A stretch of DNA of 63,932 bases, filler included, from Parasitella parasitica NRRL 2501 (taxonomy: Eukaryota > Fungi > Mucoromycota): the NCBI GenBank assembly GCA_025201805.1. It is 4 parts of 4 records of this genome, joined end to end, with 100 filler letters (N's around TTAATTAATTAA, not from the genome) between each part and the next. Parts side by side here need not be neighbours in the genome. Positions count along the whole stretch, not along the records: positions 1 to 23,252 come from MU619300.1; positions 23,353 to 44,773 come from MU619357.1; 2 more parts are not named here. One strand, written 5' to 3'. The position numbers were made by a program, and so were the translations under genes. Below are positions 13,074 to 26,499 of this stretch, one piece after another (the first letter of the stretch is position 1; each line of letters begins with the position of its first letter). The notes below the pieces were generated by a model. That model was given only the letters and a program-made list of their open reading frames with translations, ran no database searches and was not told the DNA's origin.

Positions 13074-14501
13074 TGTGAAACACATTTACTATGATGATCT
13101 GCATTCCACTTCTAGACTCATCCAGCTACCTTAAATTGATATAGACTACATGTGTGCACAGTTGATAAGATGTACTGTACAATACAGATTTATACTATAT
13201 AAGATATAGGCTAAATATGGCATCATTAGGATGGATGACGCTATAGACTTATTCTTATATCTCGACACGAGTCTTAAACATTTGCTAGATTTAGTATTTG
13301 CTACGAGCTTATGCCATATAAGATCTACGCTTTAAATGCGTATTCCCAGTTTCCAAATACGCACTATAAGACATATACTTATATCCATAATACTAGCTAC
13401 AAATACATTTTGTACTACAAACTTGTACAATATGTGCAATGCTATAGGTGTGCTCATGATATGCTATAGACATGCTGAGATCAATTTTATGTGAAAATAA
13501 AAAAAATAAAAAAAATAAAGCCAGAGAAATACAATTATAGTCTTTCCACCTTTATTTTCGATTAAAAGAAAACTGAAGAAAAGATACATGATCTTTAAGA
13601 GAGCTTGTATTTATACTACTTGTAAAATTGCCTCGCTACAGTGAGAATGCTTATTTTACAGCTTATTTGAAGAATGACTTTTGTTGACATTCTCTCACTT
13701 GTATTGTAGTTGAGATTTCGATATGTTGGTATTGAAATTGATACCATGGTTTTGGGCAGGATTGTCATATTTGAGGATCCTGATTATTTCTAATGCGACT
13801 GAGCTTTCCTTATTGTGNNNNNNNNNNNNNNNNNNNNNNNNNNNNNNNNNNNNNNNNNNNNNNNNNNNNNNNNNNNNNNNNNNNNNNNNNNNNNNNNNNN
13901 NNNNNNNNNNNNNNNNNNNNNNNNNNNNNNNNNNNNNNNNNNGAGTGCAAGCCTCTACCAACACTTGTTAATGTTTACTTGTGCTTTTCATGTATTTCTT
14001 TCTTGGATGGATCAGCCATGATCCATCTGGATTTTATTTTAATGTAATTGTGGTGCTATATAATAGGTGCCATTTCATTACACTACATATACCAAATGAT
14101 ATACACTCAGACATGTACAATTAATATAGGCAAAATAAGACTTTATACTAGAAATGATATAAACTTATGGATCGATATTATTAATCTTCCTATAAAAGAT
14201 TGATCAGGTAACCTCGGTAAAGTCTATCTACTCACTCAGATAGATCTAAGTTATCTTGAGTCTGCTGAGATGTCGGTTAGCACAAAGTTAAGATGCTAAT
14301 TAATCAGAATTGCTGCACACTTTAAATTCGAGAGTAGAACATTTATCCATAGCTCAAGTATATAAAGGTTCATCTATCTAGCCAGTAGATGAACTGTCGA
14401 TTTGACAATAAAACATATACCTTTGTCAAGTTGACATTTATTGTTTTTTTTTGTTTAATTTTTTTCAGTGAATCCATATAACATCTTGTACCGATTCCAC
14501 A
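13074..14501 (+). mobile_element. Old solo LTR of family A, interrupted by a ~600 bp insertion (~13477-14084, includes an N gap)
   Basis: Starts TGTGAAA, ends TTCCACA, and is homologous along its length to 23373-24235. Flanks ATACA/ATTCT would be a degraded TSD. Confidence 0.7.
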
Positions 14502-15158
14502 ATTCTCATTCATAATGATTAGGTGATCAAATATAGAGATATACCTTGCTCTAACCACTACTTTGTTATAATCTTGTTTAACTATTAAATGTCAATATGA
14601 TCTGACTGTCATAGATTTATCTTAATAATACAAATAAATAGCTTCTTTCAAATCAATAAAATCTGCAACGAAACGCACTAAAAAAGTATAAATAAAAAAG
14701 CAAGACACGATTAAAATCCTTCTTTATTTTGAAATAGGATTGGGTGTGCTTTATCAGAATGAGAATTTAATTAAATAAAGCGGTTGTGAAGAAATCAGGT
14801 CAAGATTTCGTTTATTACATAATAAAAATGATGGTTTATCTACTAGTGAATCCAAGTGGACTGATGGGTGGGTAAGATATAAGTGTGAGACGTAGTTGTT
14901 GTGCCAGTGTCAAAGGGCGCAGCGTAATGTTATTTATGATCTGCCATACACACCCAGAGATTTTTTGGTAATACAAACGAACCATTTTCGTATTGACTAA
15001 ATAGGAAGGTAAATGCGTAATTAAAGTTCACATTAAAAATAAATCAGCGATTTATATATAGTTCCTGAATGCTGGTAATACAGACGAACCATTTTTGTAT
15101 TGATTAAATAGGTATATTTTATAGGATAAAAATGAAAAATTTTATTGGAAAAAATTAA

Positions 15159-15238
15159 AAAACGGCTACGCATTCAAATACGGCTACGCATTCAAATACG
15201 GCTACGCATTTAAATACGGCTACGCATTTAAATACGGC
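15159..15238. repeat. Tandem repeat, 18-bp unit AAATACGGCTACGCATTY, about 4.4 copies
   Basis: CGGC recurs at 15163, 15181, 15199, 15217 and 15235. Confidence 0.95.
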
Positions 15239-16030
15239 CGTTGGAGGAACACAGTATAGATGTTAAGTATAACTAACGATCGCAAGCTATTTAACGCGTA
15301 TGCACACTACCGCCAGTTGTAAGCCAACATGTAGATAAACCTGAGTGTAAACGTTTGTAAGTTACGTTGCTTTTATAAGTATTTAAATAAACAACTTACC
15401 TGATAATAAATGTCTGCATCTTCATCCTGATCTATAAAATTAGAGAGCATTTGTTATTATCACTGTCAACAATAATCTAGACAATAGATATCACTTACAT
15501 TCAGACGTAACTGTGTATGTAGATATAAAGATAATAATGGTATTAGCAGTTTACCCACAAAAACGATTCGCCCTCTTGACGACGCGAAACTTACCAGATG
15601 TATATTAATGGTTTAGCTTCAATTTGGTAGCAGTGTACACCTATTGTATAATCATTTAGTATTAGAAAAAATATGGTTGGAAAATTAAAAAAAACTTACA
15701 TTTTAGAAAGAAGAAAAATAAAGAGAAAAAATATCAAGTCCTGGCTTTTTAGTTGCAGAGGCTCCAGCGCTACTTGAACGACACAGAAAACTTAAGGACA
15801 CTGTTAGAAACTTTCGAGAAGGTTGCTTGGTAAGCATGTGTAGCAAGACACTGCCAAGAGTTACTTCTATTATAGCAACTTAAATAAGTATTCAATTGGT
15901 GCAAGATTACTGAATATGTATCCGTAGTCAATAATCAAAAGTATAAATATCACAGAATTTTGTATCAATCAATCCTTTCAACTCATCTCCTCAAATTTTA
16001 CAATAGCTTTTTGTCATAATCAAATTATCA

Positions 16031-16800
16031 ATGCAATCTACTTTTCAAGGCATTCAAACAGGAAGATATCCATGTTTATATATAGCAACTGTGATAGAAC
16101 TTTCAGCAGAAAATATGATAGAAATCGTCATATGAATAATTTTGCTCATGAAATACGTTTCATTCAGCAAGATCAAAGAGAAAACACTGCTGAAAGCTTA
16201 ACTTCAGATGACAATCAAAACACTGTTCATCAGTTTATTGTTGTTGAAGATGACGATATCAACAGTTATAATGAAGACGAGGAGGAAGAAGACCCTAATG
16301 TTGAACATACTGCAAGAACTGATGAAGATGATGCTAATGACATTATTTATGAACCTATCGAGGACTATGATGCCAATGAGAACGCATTTCAAGAGGGCAT
16401 CTACAATAGCCAATTCTTCCCTTTTAAAAACGAAATTCACAAGCTTTTGCACGAATTCTATTACAGAATCGGGAGTGATATTTCTCAGGGGTTGATGAAG
16501 GATATCTTGAGCTTGATAGACAAGGTTGTCGATGCAAAATCTAAAGATGCCAATGCTGTTGTCCCAAAAGCAGACCATCTCTTTAATTTCGAAAAAAGGA
16601 AGAAGAATAATATCCCGACAATCAAAACAAGTGAGCATGAAGTTGTTGTTGTCAAGAAAGAAGGTGATGCGAATATTGAGAAAACCTTCAGGTTTTCTAT
16701 GATTGCACCGTCTGAAACTGTAAGACATCTAGTTGCCAATCCTGCCACCACTGATAGAATCATTGCTCTACCTGACCAAACTGTTGGTGAGCTGGTTGAG
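16031..16800 (+). pseudogene. C2H2-finger + CACTA/Plavaka-like transposase copy 1, 5' half (3' half at 22285-23252)
   Basis: Nearly identical to copy 2 (15530-16350 vs 18893-19710; 16350-16800 vs 20151-20603). 2-bp TA frameshift near 16080. Cut by LTR-B at 16801. Confidence 0.75.
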
Positions 16801-17063
16801 TGATCTGCCATAATGTAGGTTAGGAGATCATGATAGTGTACTTCAATTAAAGATTGGAGATTGTCCAATGATGTGTTGTTATACTGGTCGAAACAGGAGA
16901 ATAAAGTCTTTGTTTCAAATCAGGAAGGTTATCTGTAACACAGATCTGTATGATTGACAAACAATAAGGTACTGTCAGATCAAAGATCAATAACCTTGTA
17001 GTATAATAATATATCGTACCCTGTTAAGGATATGATGTTGCTTGCAAATTATTCTTATCGATT
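16801..17063 (+). mobile_element. LTR family B, 5' part (runs into a gap; matching 3' end at 22240-22279)
   Basis: Starts TGATCTGCC and is near-identical to 19711-19975. TSD TTGAG at 16796-16800 and 22280-22284. Confidence 0.8.
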
Positions 17064-19395
17064 ANNNNNNNNNNGCTGTCTTGAGTGCAGTGGAAGCTAT
17101 TATCTAAGGTAAAGAGGTAGTTAGTGATTTTGTTGAATACATGCAAATATGTGTACACCTTATTCATATCAATACCAGGGGATTTCACCGCGGGCTTCAG
17201 TAGAACTATGTCCTCAGAGCAGTTTTTATCTAAGGCCGAGAGGTAGTCATCCTCATATTTGGTTTGTAAAATCGTGAATTTGCGTATAAAATCTTGTCAA
17301 TCTAGTCGTTTAAAAAGAGCAGAACGAAGCCATCAAAAAATTAGCTTGTCTAAAGAAATATTCGTTTTAAGTATCTTGTCATACAATATACATATACGTT
17401 ATGTGCGGGTAAACAAGGTAATTGGATTACAAAAACCAAGTGTTGCAAGTAAAAATTTTAATGTGAAGAAGCAATGAAAATTAGTATTAGGACGTGTAGA
17501 CTTGTTGGTATATGAACGTGACGATTTTCCATTTCCAATTTTATCCATGGCCTGTTATTTAATGTAAAGAACTAGTTTTTTTTTTATCAAGTCACAAAAC
17601 ATTACGAATTGACAAAACACAATGTAGTGACAAAATGCTATGTATTGTGAAAGAAACAGAAAAATGTCCTTGTAACTATGATTGTTTCTTGCCTTGCTGG
17701 TTGAAGCAGCTTTCTCGGTATTTGCAACCACTACGGCCGAGATAGTATGCAGATTACTACCAAGTGAGCATACCACTAAAGACTTAGATATTTTGCACAG
17801 TGAATATGGTTAAAAATACATTTATATGCAAAATGTGCATGATATACAAACAGCACATGTGCTTACTGTTAAGCTCATATGTGATTTTCACATAATATGC
17901 CTATATGGTTATAATATTATGCTTACTCGTGCTTAATATTTGAAAACCTTGTGTGTGTGTCAATATGCATGTTTGTGCACAATATCAAAAAAGAATTATA
18001 GTATTGGTATTGTATGTATCTCTCATAAAAGTTTCCCACGTATTTATTATTGGTTTCAAATTGCAGAAGGACTTATTTTAGTAAATAAATTTTATTTATT
18101 AGCATATTGTCAACAGAAGAATACGGTTTATAGGATCAATGAGCCCAACATTTGGCATTGTCATTTCCAAAGTCTACTGCTATACGCAGTGTTTACCGGA
18201 ATAACGGCTCGTTTTCCGTACTTAATCTTCTACCACTAAAGTAAAGATACATTGGCGGATCGTATCTGTAATGATTTACATTACATGATGTCTCATTTTA
18301 CATGAAACATCCAATTGTTATAAATAGGTTCAACCTTCACCAAATATTGGAACGGGAGTGAAAATATCTGTAATAGCTACTACATGAAGTATACGCACTG
18401 CTACATCTGCACTATATCAAGTCCTACAAGTACTACGCTTGCTCATTTACTGCAAATATATTATATGATTGTATCAGATACGAATCAATATAGTATCTCA
18501 ACGGTCACTGGATATCGCAATGTCTCGGCTGCCATGACATCAACAAGATATGCGGACTTGCTCAAATGTCAAGGTGCGAACAAACTATTTGATATGTTAC
18601 ATCAGCTCATATTCTTGGAGCAATCTCAACAATGAAACACATCAAACCAATTGACAATGCTAACACGGTGTATTTTCTATTCGTTCATCAACAGTGACAA
18701 CATACTATCAAATTAATCTATTGGTTATTACAGCTACCGTCTCAGTTGTAGTAAATAATTGAAGATATAAATACCCTGTATTGATATCATAATAAACGAG
18801 ATACTTCTTTTATTGTTCGGATACAGTTGAAAGCTGTGAATTATTACAAGTCTCTTTTTATTGTATTGACATATCTGAAATATACATCACTAATAAAAAT
18901 GGTATTAGCAGTTTACCCACAAAAACGATTCGCCCTCTTGACGACGCGAAACTTACCAGATGTATATTAATGGTGTAGCTTCAATTTGGTAGCAGTATAC
19001 ACCAATTGTATAATCATTTAGTATTAGAAAATATATGGTTGGAAAATTAAAAAAAACTTACATTCTAGAAAGAAGAAAAATAAAGAGAAAAAATATCAAG
19101 TCCTGGCTTTTTAGTTGCAGAGGCACCAGCGATACTTGAATGACACAGAAAACTTAAGGACACTGTTAGAAACTTTCGAGAAGGTTGCTTGGTAAGCATG
19201 TGTAGCAAGAAGACACTGCCAAGAGTTACTTCTATTATAGCAACTTAAATAAGTATTCAATTGGTGCAAGATTACTGAATATGTATCCGTAGTCAATAAT
19301 CAAAAGTATAAATATCACAGAATTTTGTATCAATCAATCCTTTCAACTCATCTCCTCAAATTTTACAATAGCTTTTTGTCATAACCAAATTATCA

Positions 19396-22229
19396 ATGCA
19401 ATCTACTTTTCAAGGCATTCAAACAGGAAGATATCCATGTTTATATAGCAACTGTGATAGAACTTTCAGCAGAAAATATGATAGAAATCGTCATATGAAT
19501 AACTTTGCTCATGAAATCCGTTTCATTCAGCAAGATCAAAGAGAAAACAATGCTGAAAGCTTAACTTCAGATGACAATCAAAACACTGTTCATCAGTTTA
19601 TTGTTGTTGAAGATGACGATATCAACAGTTATAATGAAGACGAGGAGGAAGAAGAACCTAATCTTGAACATACTGCAAGAACTGATGAAGATGATGCTAA
19701 TGACATTATTTGATCTGCCATAATGTAGGTGGTTAGGAGATCATGATAGTGTACTTCAATTGAAGATTGGAGATTGTCCAATGATGTGTTGTTATACTGG
19801 CCGAAACAGGAGAATAAAGTCTTTGTTTCAAATCAGGAAGGTTATCTGTAACACAGATCTGTATGATTGACAAACAATACGGTACTGTCAGATCCAAGAT
19901 CAATAGCCTCGTAGTATAATAATACATCGTACCCTGTTAAGGATATGATGTTGCTTGCAAATTATTCTTATCGATTAGTATCGACTAGTATTCTAAATAA
20001 GTCACCAAAAATTTATGTTGCTGTAAAAAGTATAAATAGCAGATTAAAAGTTGAATCTTTAATAAAGTAATCTCAAGGTTTCGTATCTCGTTAATTCAAC
20101 GTTTTATATTATACTTTTCTTATTTTGATATTGCAGATCTCAACATTATTTATGAACCTATCGAGGACTATGATGCCAATGAGAACGCATTTCAAGAGGG
20201 CATCTACAATAGCCAATTCTTCCCTTTTAAAAACGAAAATCACAAGCTTTTGCACGAATTCTATTACAGAATTGGGAGCGATATTTCTCAGGGGTTGATG
20301 AAGGATATCTTGAGCTTGATAAACAAGGTTGTCGATGCAAAATCTAAAGATGCCAATGCTGTTGTCCCAAAAGCAGACCATCTCTTTAATTTCGAAAAAA
20401 GGAAGAAGAATAATATGCCGACAATCAAAACAAGTGAGCATGAAGTTGTTGTTGTCAAGAAAGAAGGTGATGCGAATATTGAGAAAACCTTCAGGTTTTC
20501 TATGATTGCACCGTCTGAAACTGTAAGACATCTAGTTGCCAATCCTGCCACCACTGATAGAATCATTGCTCTACCTGACCAAACTGTTGGTGAGCTGGTT
20601 GAGAGTACCCAAGGTGAGAAATGGAGATGTAACGAGCTCCTCCAACACCCTATGATAACTGCAAACATTAGTGGTGCCCAACGAGACTTGCGGATTGGAG
20701 ACCTGGTTGTTGCAAATAATATGTCCATCATACTTGCACGCTCTTATACGGTTAATCATGTAGATCTTATGGCAGAAGCTTTCGAAGTAAATGCCATAAG
20801 TGAAAACTATTTTTGTATTCAAGCACATGTTCGACCAGTTGCCATTTCGGTTCCATCTATTCAAGAAGTAATTTCTAATCAACCGGAATTATATCGATTC
20901 ACTTATCCGCCATCAATTGCAAACGATCAGCAACAGTTGTCAGTTTTTCAGGCTACTTTTCGACAGATCTGTCATTTCTGGAGATTCAAAAAGCCTTCCG
21001 ATGGCAAGGTGCCTTGGAGAAATTATATGCGTGCGAAGATTGTCCCTCTTAATCTGTTTACTGACGACATGAGTGGAAAAAAAACCAAAAAACACAACAA
21101 GTTTGATAGCTGGATCTTGGTCCCAGCGGCTCTGCCGCTCAAGCAAAGGCATCAATTGGAAAATACCCACTGTATTTGCACAGATCACAATTTGTCTGCT
21201 ATGCAAATGCTACCAGCCATTGTTGATGATCTCGCCAAGTTAGAGGAAGGACTTATAAATTCATTCTCCAAATTCAGAATCTACGCTTGTAATTGCTCCA
21301 GTGCAATTCATCACAGCTGATAATGCTCGTCATTCTGAAATTGCTTCAAGCCGTGGTGCAATATCTTCAAGACCTTGCAGGAAGTGCGATTGGGAGTTGA
21401 CTACCCCACCAAAGGCAGATGGCACTGATTATGAATGTAGTAGAAGATCCGAACAGATAGTTGAAGAGTTGAACGATCGCTTTTTACAATCGGGTGATTC
21501 TAGGGTGCTTGTTGACAAGGAAAGAGGGTATAAGCTTGTTGGTGGCCAAGCTTTGTTAAGATTAAAGGCGTTCGAAACGATGATAGACAACCCAATTGAG
21601 CTATTACATACAGTGATGCTTGGTGTGGGCAAGGCATTGTTCAAGAGCCTGTATGCTAATCATCTGAACCAATTGCAGAAGAGTACCTTGCAAACTTTAT
21701 TGTTCTCATACAACTCAAAAGGTTTCAAGAGAAAACTGAGGTCTTCTTTGAGGCTTCATGGCTCTTATCTTGGCCGCGATTATAAAATCCTTCTTCAGCA
21801 AATTCCAATTCTCCTAGACAAGCTAATCGAAAGCCATGCCATTGAGGCCACTCCTGGTATACGTTTAATTAAAGATTGCTTTGATAGCTTGGGAAGACTG
21901 GTTTCACTTGTATACATAAGCAAGATTACCACTCATTCGGCCTAGTATCTTCAAGTCATTGATACGGAGTACTCACGCCTCAGAAATTGTGTTTTACAAC
22001 ATGACATATACATCAAGAGCAAAGATCCTGCAAGCCAAAAGCATGGTGTATACAACTCAAGTAAAATGCATATTTTATATCATTTGACAGAAGGCATTAC
22101 GCGGTTTGGTTCGGCAATCTTCTACGAAACAGAGAAAGGGGAACAGTTTAACAAGTTCATCCGTGAAACTCTTTTCCGAACCAACAGGCATAACCCGTCT
22201 AGAGATACTGCATTCGCTTTTGGCAAGCG
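19396..22229 (+). pseudogene. C2H2-finger + CACTA/EnSpm(CMC)/Plavaka-like DDE transposase copy 2, disrupted
   Basis: N-terminal YPCLYSNCDRTFSRKYDRNRHMNNFAH finger; core PLNLFTDDMSG..KKHNKFDSW, ADNARHSE, PCRKC, ELLHTVMLGVGK, KMHILYHL..ITRFG....ETEKGEQFNKFIR. Disrupted by solo LTR 19711-20145, a frameshift near 21260 and a stop at 21943-21945. Confidence 0.75.
19711..20145 (+). mobile_element. Solo LTR family B (435 bp)
   Basis: TG...CA ends (TGATCTGC...GCAGATCTCAACA), 5-bp TSD TTATT (19706-19710 and 20146-20150), internal TATAAAT near 20031 and AATAAA at 20061. Removing it restores the sequence of copy 1. Confidence 0.88.
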
Positions 22230-22284
22230 NNNNNNNNNNATATTATACTTTTCTTATTTCGATCTTGCAGATCTCAACATTGAG

Positions 22285-23252
22285 AGTACCCAAGGTGAGA
22301 AATGGAGATGTAACGAGCTCTTCCAACACCCTATGATAACTGCAAACATTAATGGTGCCCAACAAGACTTGTGGATTGGAGACCTGGTTGTTGCAAATAA
22401 TATGTCCATCATACTTGCACGCTTTTATACGGTTAATCATGTAGATCTTATGGCAGAAGCTTTCGAAGTAAATGCCATAAGTGAAAACTATTTTTGTATT
22501 CAAGCACATGTTCAACCAGTTGCCATTTCGGTTCCATCTATTCAAGAAGTAATTTCTGATCAACCGGAATCATATCGATTCACTTATCCGCCATCAATTG
22601 CAAACGATCAGCAACAGTTGTCAGTTTTTCAGGCTACTTTTCGACAGATCTGTTATTTCTGGAGATTCAAAAAGCCTTCCGATGGCAAGGTGCCTTGGAG
22701 AAAGTATATGCCTGTGAAGATTGTCCCTCTAAATCTGTTTACTGACGACATGAGTGGAAACAAAACCAAAAAACACAACAAGTTTGATAGCTGGATCTTG
22801 GTCCCAGCGGCTCTGCCGCTCAAGCAAAGGCATCAATTGGAAAATACCCACTTTATTTGCACAGATCACAATTTGTCTGCTATGCAAATGCTACCAGCCA
22901 TTGTTGATGATCTCGCCAAGTTAGAGGAAGGACTTATAATGCATTCTCCAAATTCAGAATCTACGCTTGTAATTGCCCCAGTGCAATTCATCACAGCTGA
23001 TAATGCTCGTCATTCTGAAATTGCTTCAAGCCGTGGTGCAATATCTTCAAGACCTTGCAGGAAGTGCGATTGGGAGTTGACTACCCCACCAAAGGCAGAT
23101 GGCACTGATTATGAATGTAGTAGAAGATCCGAACAGATAGTTGAAGAGTTGAACGATCGCTTTTTACAATCGGGTGATTCTAGGGTGCTTGTTGACAAGG
23201 AAAGAGGGTATAAGCTTGTTGGTGGCCAAGCTTTGTTAAGATTAAAGGCGTT
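22285..23252 (+). pseudogene. CACTA/Plavaka-like transposase copy 1, 3' half (open frame, cut by scaffold end)
   Basis: Near-identical to 20604-21572 but lacks the 21260 frameshift. Preceded by the LTR-B end and TSD TTGAG. Confidence 0.75.
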
Positions 23253-23352
23253 NNNNNNNNNNNNNNNNNNNNNNNNNNNNNNNNNNNNNNNNNNNNTTAA
23301 TTAATTAANNNNNNNNNNNNNNNNNNNNNNNNNNNNNNNNNNNNNNNNNNNN
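23253..23352. other. Artificial scaffold linker (44N-TTAATTAATTAA-44N)
   Basis: 12-mer with stop codons in all six frames centred in a 100-nt N run; repeated identically twice more in the window. Confidence 0.95.
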
Positions 23353-23372
23353 GCTGATTTTATAGCAAGTTA

Positions 23373-24235
23373 TGTAAAATACATTCACTATGATGATCTG
23401 CATTCCACTTCTAGATTCATCCAGTTACCTTAAATTGATATAAACTACATATGCGCACAGATAATAAGAAGATGTGCAATACAGATTTATACTATATAAG
23501 ATATAAGCTAAAGACGGCACCATTAGGATGGATGACGCTATAGACTGATACTTATATCTCGACACGAGCCTTAGACATTTACTAGATTTAGTATATGCTA
23601 CGAGCTTATGCTATATAAGATCTATGCTTCAAATGCGTATTCCCAGTTTCTAGATACGCACTACAAGACATATACTTATATCCATGATACTAGTAGCTAC
23701 AGATACATCATGTACTACAGACTTGTACAATATGTGCAATGCTATAGATATGCTTATGATATGTTATAGACATGCTACATATACCGATATATGCCAAGAT
23801 GAATACCAAGTAATATACACTCAGACATGTACTATTAATATAGACTGGATAAGACTATACAAGGAATGATATACGCTTATGGATTGATATTAATAATCTT
23901 CGCATAGAAGATTGATCAGGGTACTACCTCGGGTAAAGTCTATCTCATCACTCAAATATATTTAAGTTATCTTGAGTCTGCTGATATGTAGGTTAGCGCA
24001 AATTTAAGATGCTAGTTACGCGGTATTGCCGTACATGTTAAATTGCGAGAATAGAACATTTATCCACAGTTTAAGTATATAAAGGTTCATCTACCTGGCC
24101 AGTAGATGAACTGGAGCTTTATACACCTCCTGTCGATTTGATAATAAAACCTATACCTTTATCAAGTTGACTTTATTGTTTTTTTATTATAATTTTTTTC
24201 CGTGAATCCATATAACAATTTATACCGATTCCACA
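23373..24235 (+). mobile_element. Solo LTR family A (863 bp)
   Basis: TGTAAAA...TTCCACA ends with perfect 5-bp TSD AGTTA (23368-23372 and 24236-24240). TATATAA near 24077 and AATAAA near 24143. No credible ORF. Confidence 0.88.
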
Positions 24236-26499
24236 AGTTATATGGATGATGATTGATTGATCAAGTCTTACTTCTATAAAAGTCTCTAGTTGTGCATTTA
24301 GAGCTTTATTCAGAAAGTCTTTACCACGTTAGAATAAAAAATTTGCACAACGTTTTGCTGTGCGCTTTATATTGGGAAAACGGAGATGTGGTCTTCCACA
24401 TATAAAGAGAATACACTCCAAATTATACGGGAAAAGATGTTCTCTATAAAAAGATTATATGTAATTATTGCAACAACGATTGCTTTGTTAAACTCATATT
24501 AAGGAACAGTTTGATCTGTGTCAATAGAGGTACAGAAAGTGTTTGGTATGTAGTAGTTTAACTCGACCCAAAAAAATTTTTCTTGTGATTACAGATAAAT
24601 TTTGTTGTTTTTGCTTCACTCGTTCAATGAACTACTGAGCAAATATTCAGTTAGAGTTTAAAAAAGACATAGTTAACAACCTGGAGAATACTGAATATTG
24701 CCTATTAGCTTTAGAAGCATGTCATCTACAACCTTTGTTGTTGATGCATTGAAGTATAAAAAATCGGACAATTTGGCCTAAAAAACAAAATTTGGGTTTT
24801 TCTGTTTTTAATCCTTTTTTAATTTTTCAATACAATTTAATTTAACTTTACATATTAATATAGAGCACCAGTTTCTGTATTAGTTTGTTGTATTTATATG
24901 CTTGGAGACTTTGTGATAAATCTGGCATCAAATATGCAATCAAAAAGCTTACATAAAATGATTTTTTTTGACAAACTGAGCGATTTTAGCTTGCTTTTTT
25001 AAATTCAGTTGCGTGCTCAATCAAAGGCTTTGGAGGTATAGCTGGTAACTAAACCATGCCATATCAGCATGGAATTATCTCTCTTTTCAGAAATCAGCAC
25101 TAAAAAATATATCAGAATATCTATATTTTGAATACAATACCAATGAAAAGTACAACATACCTTAAAACCATAATATCTTTAAAGTGATACTGCTGTAAGT
25201 CGCAGATTTCTCAATTTCGCTTGTTTGTATTGAGCAGTGTACAGAAACGAGATAGAACCCAGGTGTCAATTATAATACACCATTCGAATGATACAATGCA
25301 TTTAAACTTGGCTGTCATAACTAAAAGTCTGGGGAAGAACTATGAGGCTTAACATAACTGTTTTTCCCATTTTGTCCTCTTTTTGTCAAGACTTTAAACT
25401 GAAATAACTTTTCATCCAAGCAACTAATTTTTAAAACATAAAAAGCATCATATTCCAGAAAATCAAGTCTATCTTGTCATTTAGCTTTGGTGCACCATAT
25501 TATAGTTTTTCCCTTAGTTTTTTCACTAAATATTGTTTAGTGTATTGCATGCATTTACTGTTTACGCAAAAATACGGTCACAGGCGTATTAAAAAGTTGG
25601 CTATGCCTCCTTTTTTTTTTTTTTTTGCTGCTTCTCTACTTCTATTACGCNNNNNNNNNNNNNNNNNNNNNNNNNNNNNNNNNNNNNNNNNNNNNNNNNN
25701 NNNNNNNNNNNNNNNNNNNNNNNNNNNNNNNNNNNNNNNNNNNNNNNNNNNNNNNNNNNNNNNNNNNNNNNNNNNNNNNNNNNNNNNNNNNNNNNNNNNN
25801 NNNNNNNNNNNNNNNNNNNNNNNNNNNNNNNNNNNNNNNNNNNNNNNNNNNNNNNNNNNNNNNNNNNNNNNNNNNNNNNNNNNNNNNNNNNNNNNNNNNN
25901 NNNNNNNNNNNNNNNNNNNNNNNNNNNNNNNNNNNNNNNNNNNNNNNNNNNNNNNNNNNNNNNNNNNNNNNNNNNNNNNNNNNNNNNNNNNNNNNNNNNN
26001 NNNNNNNNNNNNNNNNNNNNNNNNNNNNNNNNNNNNNNNNNNNNNNNNNNNNNNNNNNNNNNNNNNNNNNNNNNNNNNNNNNNNNNNNNNNNNNNNNNNN
26101 NNNNNNNNNNNNAAAAAAAAAATAAAAAAAAAAAAAAATAAACAGAATTAAAAAATACATAATCATCTTCCCACTTTATTTGAACATAAACAATGAGCAT
26201 TACAAGACTTACATTAAAACGTAGAGCTGTTTTACACCGAACATATAATGCTTTTTGCTCCATTATTTACGTAATAATACGTTCAGTTATCTCATCATCG
26301 CCCAATCTTTCTATTCTTTAAATCAGCATTGATGTAGCAAATCGCCCAGATGTTAATATATGATATAACAAGAATATAGCAAATATGAATTAAAGATATT
26401 TAAAATTTCTTTAAAAGGAGGCTTTGTTTGGGTTTGGTAATTCCATTCTACTAGTTGCTTTCAGTTTTCGAGTAGTCGCACTAGATTGTAAAATTTTAT

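Noticed and set aside
15159-15238. CRISPR-like array
   Set aside because: Head-to-tail 18-bp units with no unique spacers, in a eukaryotic context.
23297-23308. TTAATTAATTAA palindrome as a biological motif (also at 44818 and 61948)
   Set aside because: Always centred in exactly 100 nt of N; it is a six-frame-stop assembly linker.
25474-26263. Long ORFs listed in the track across N runs (also near 13.7, 33.2 and 60.5 kb)
   Set aside because: They are open only because of undetermined bases.
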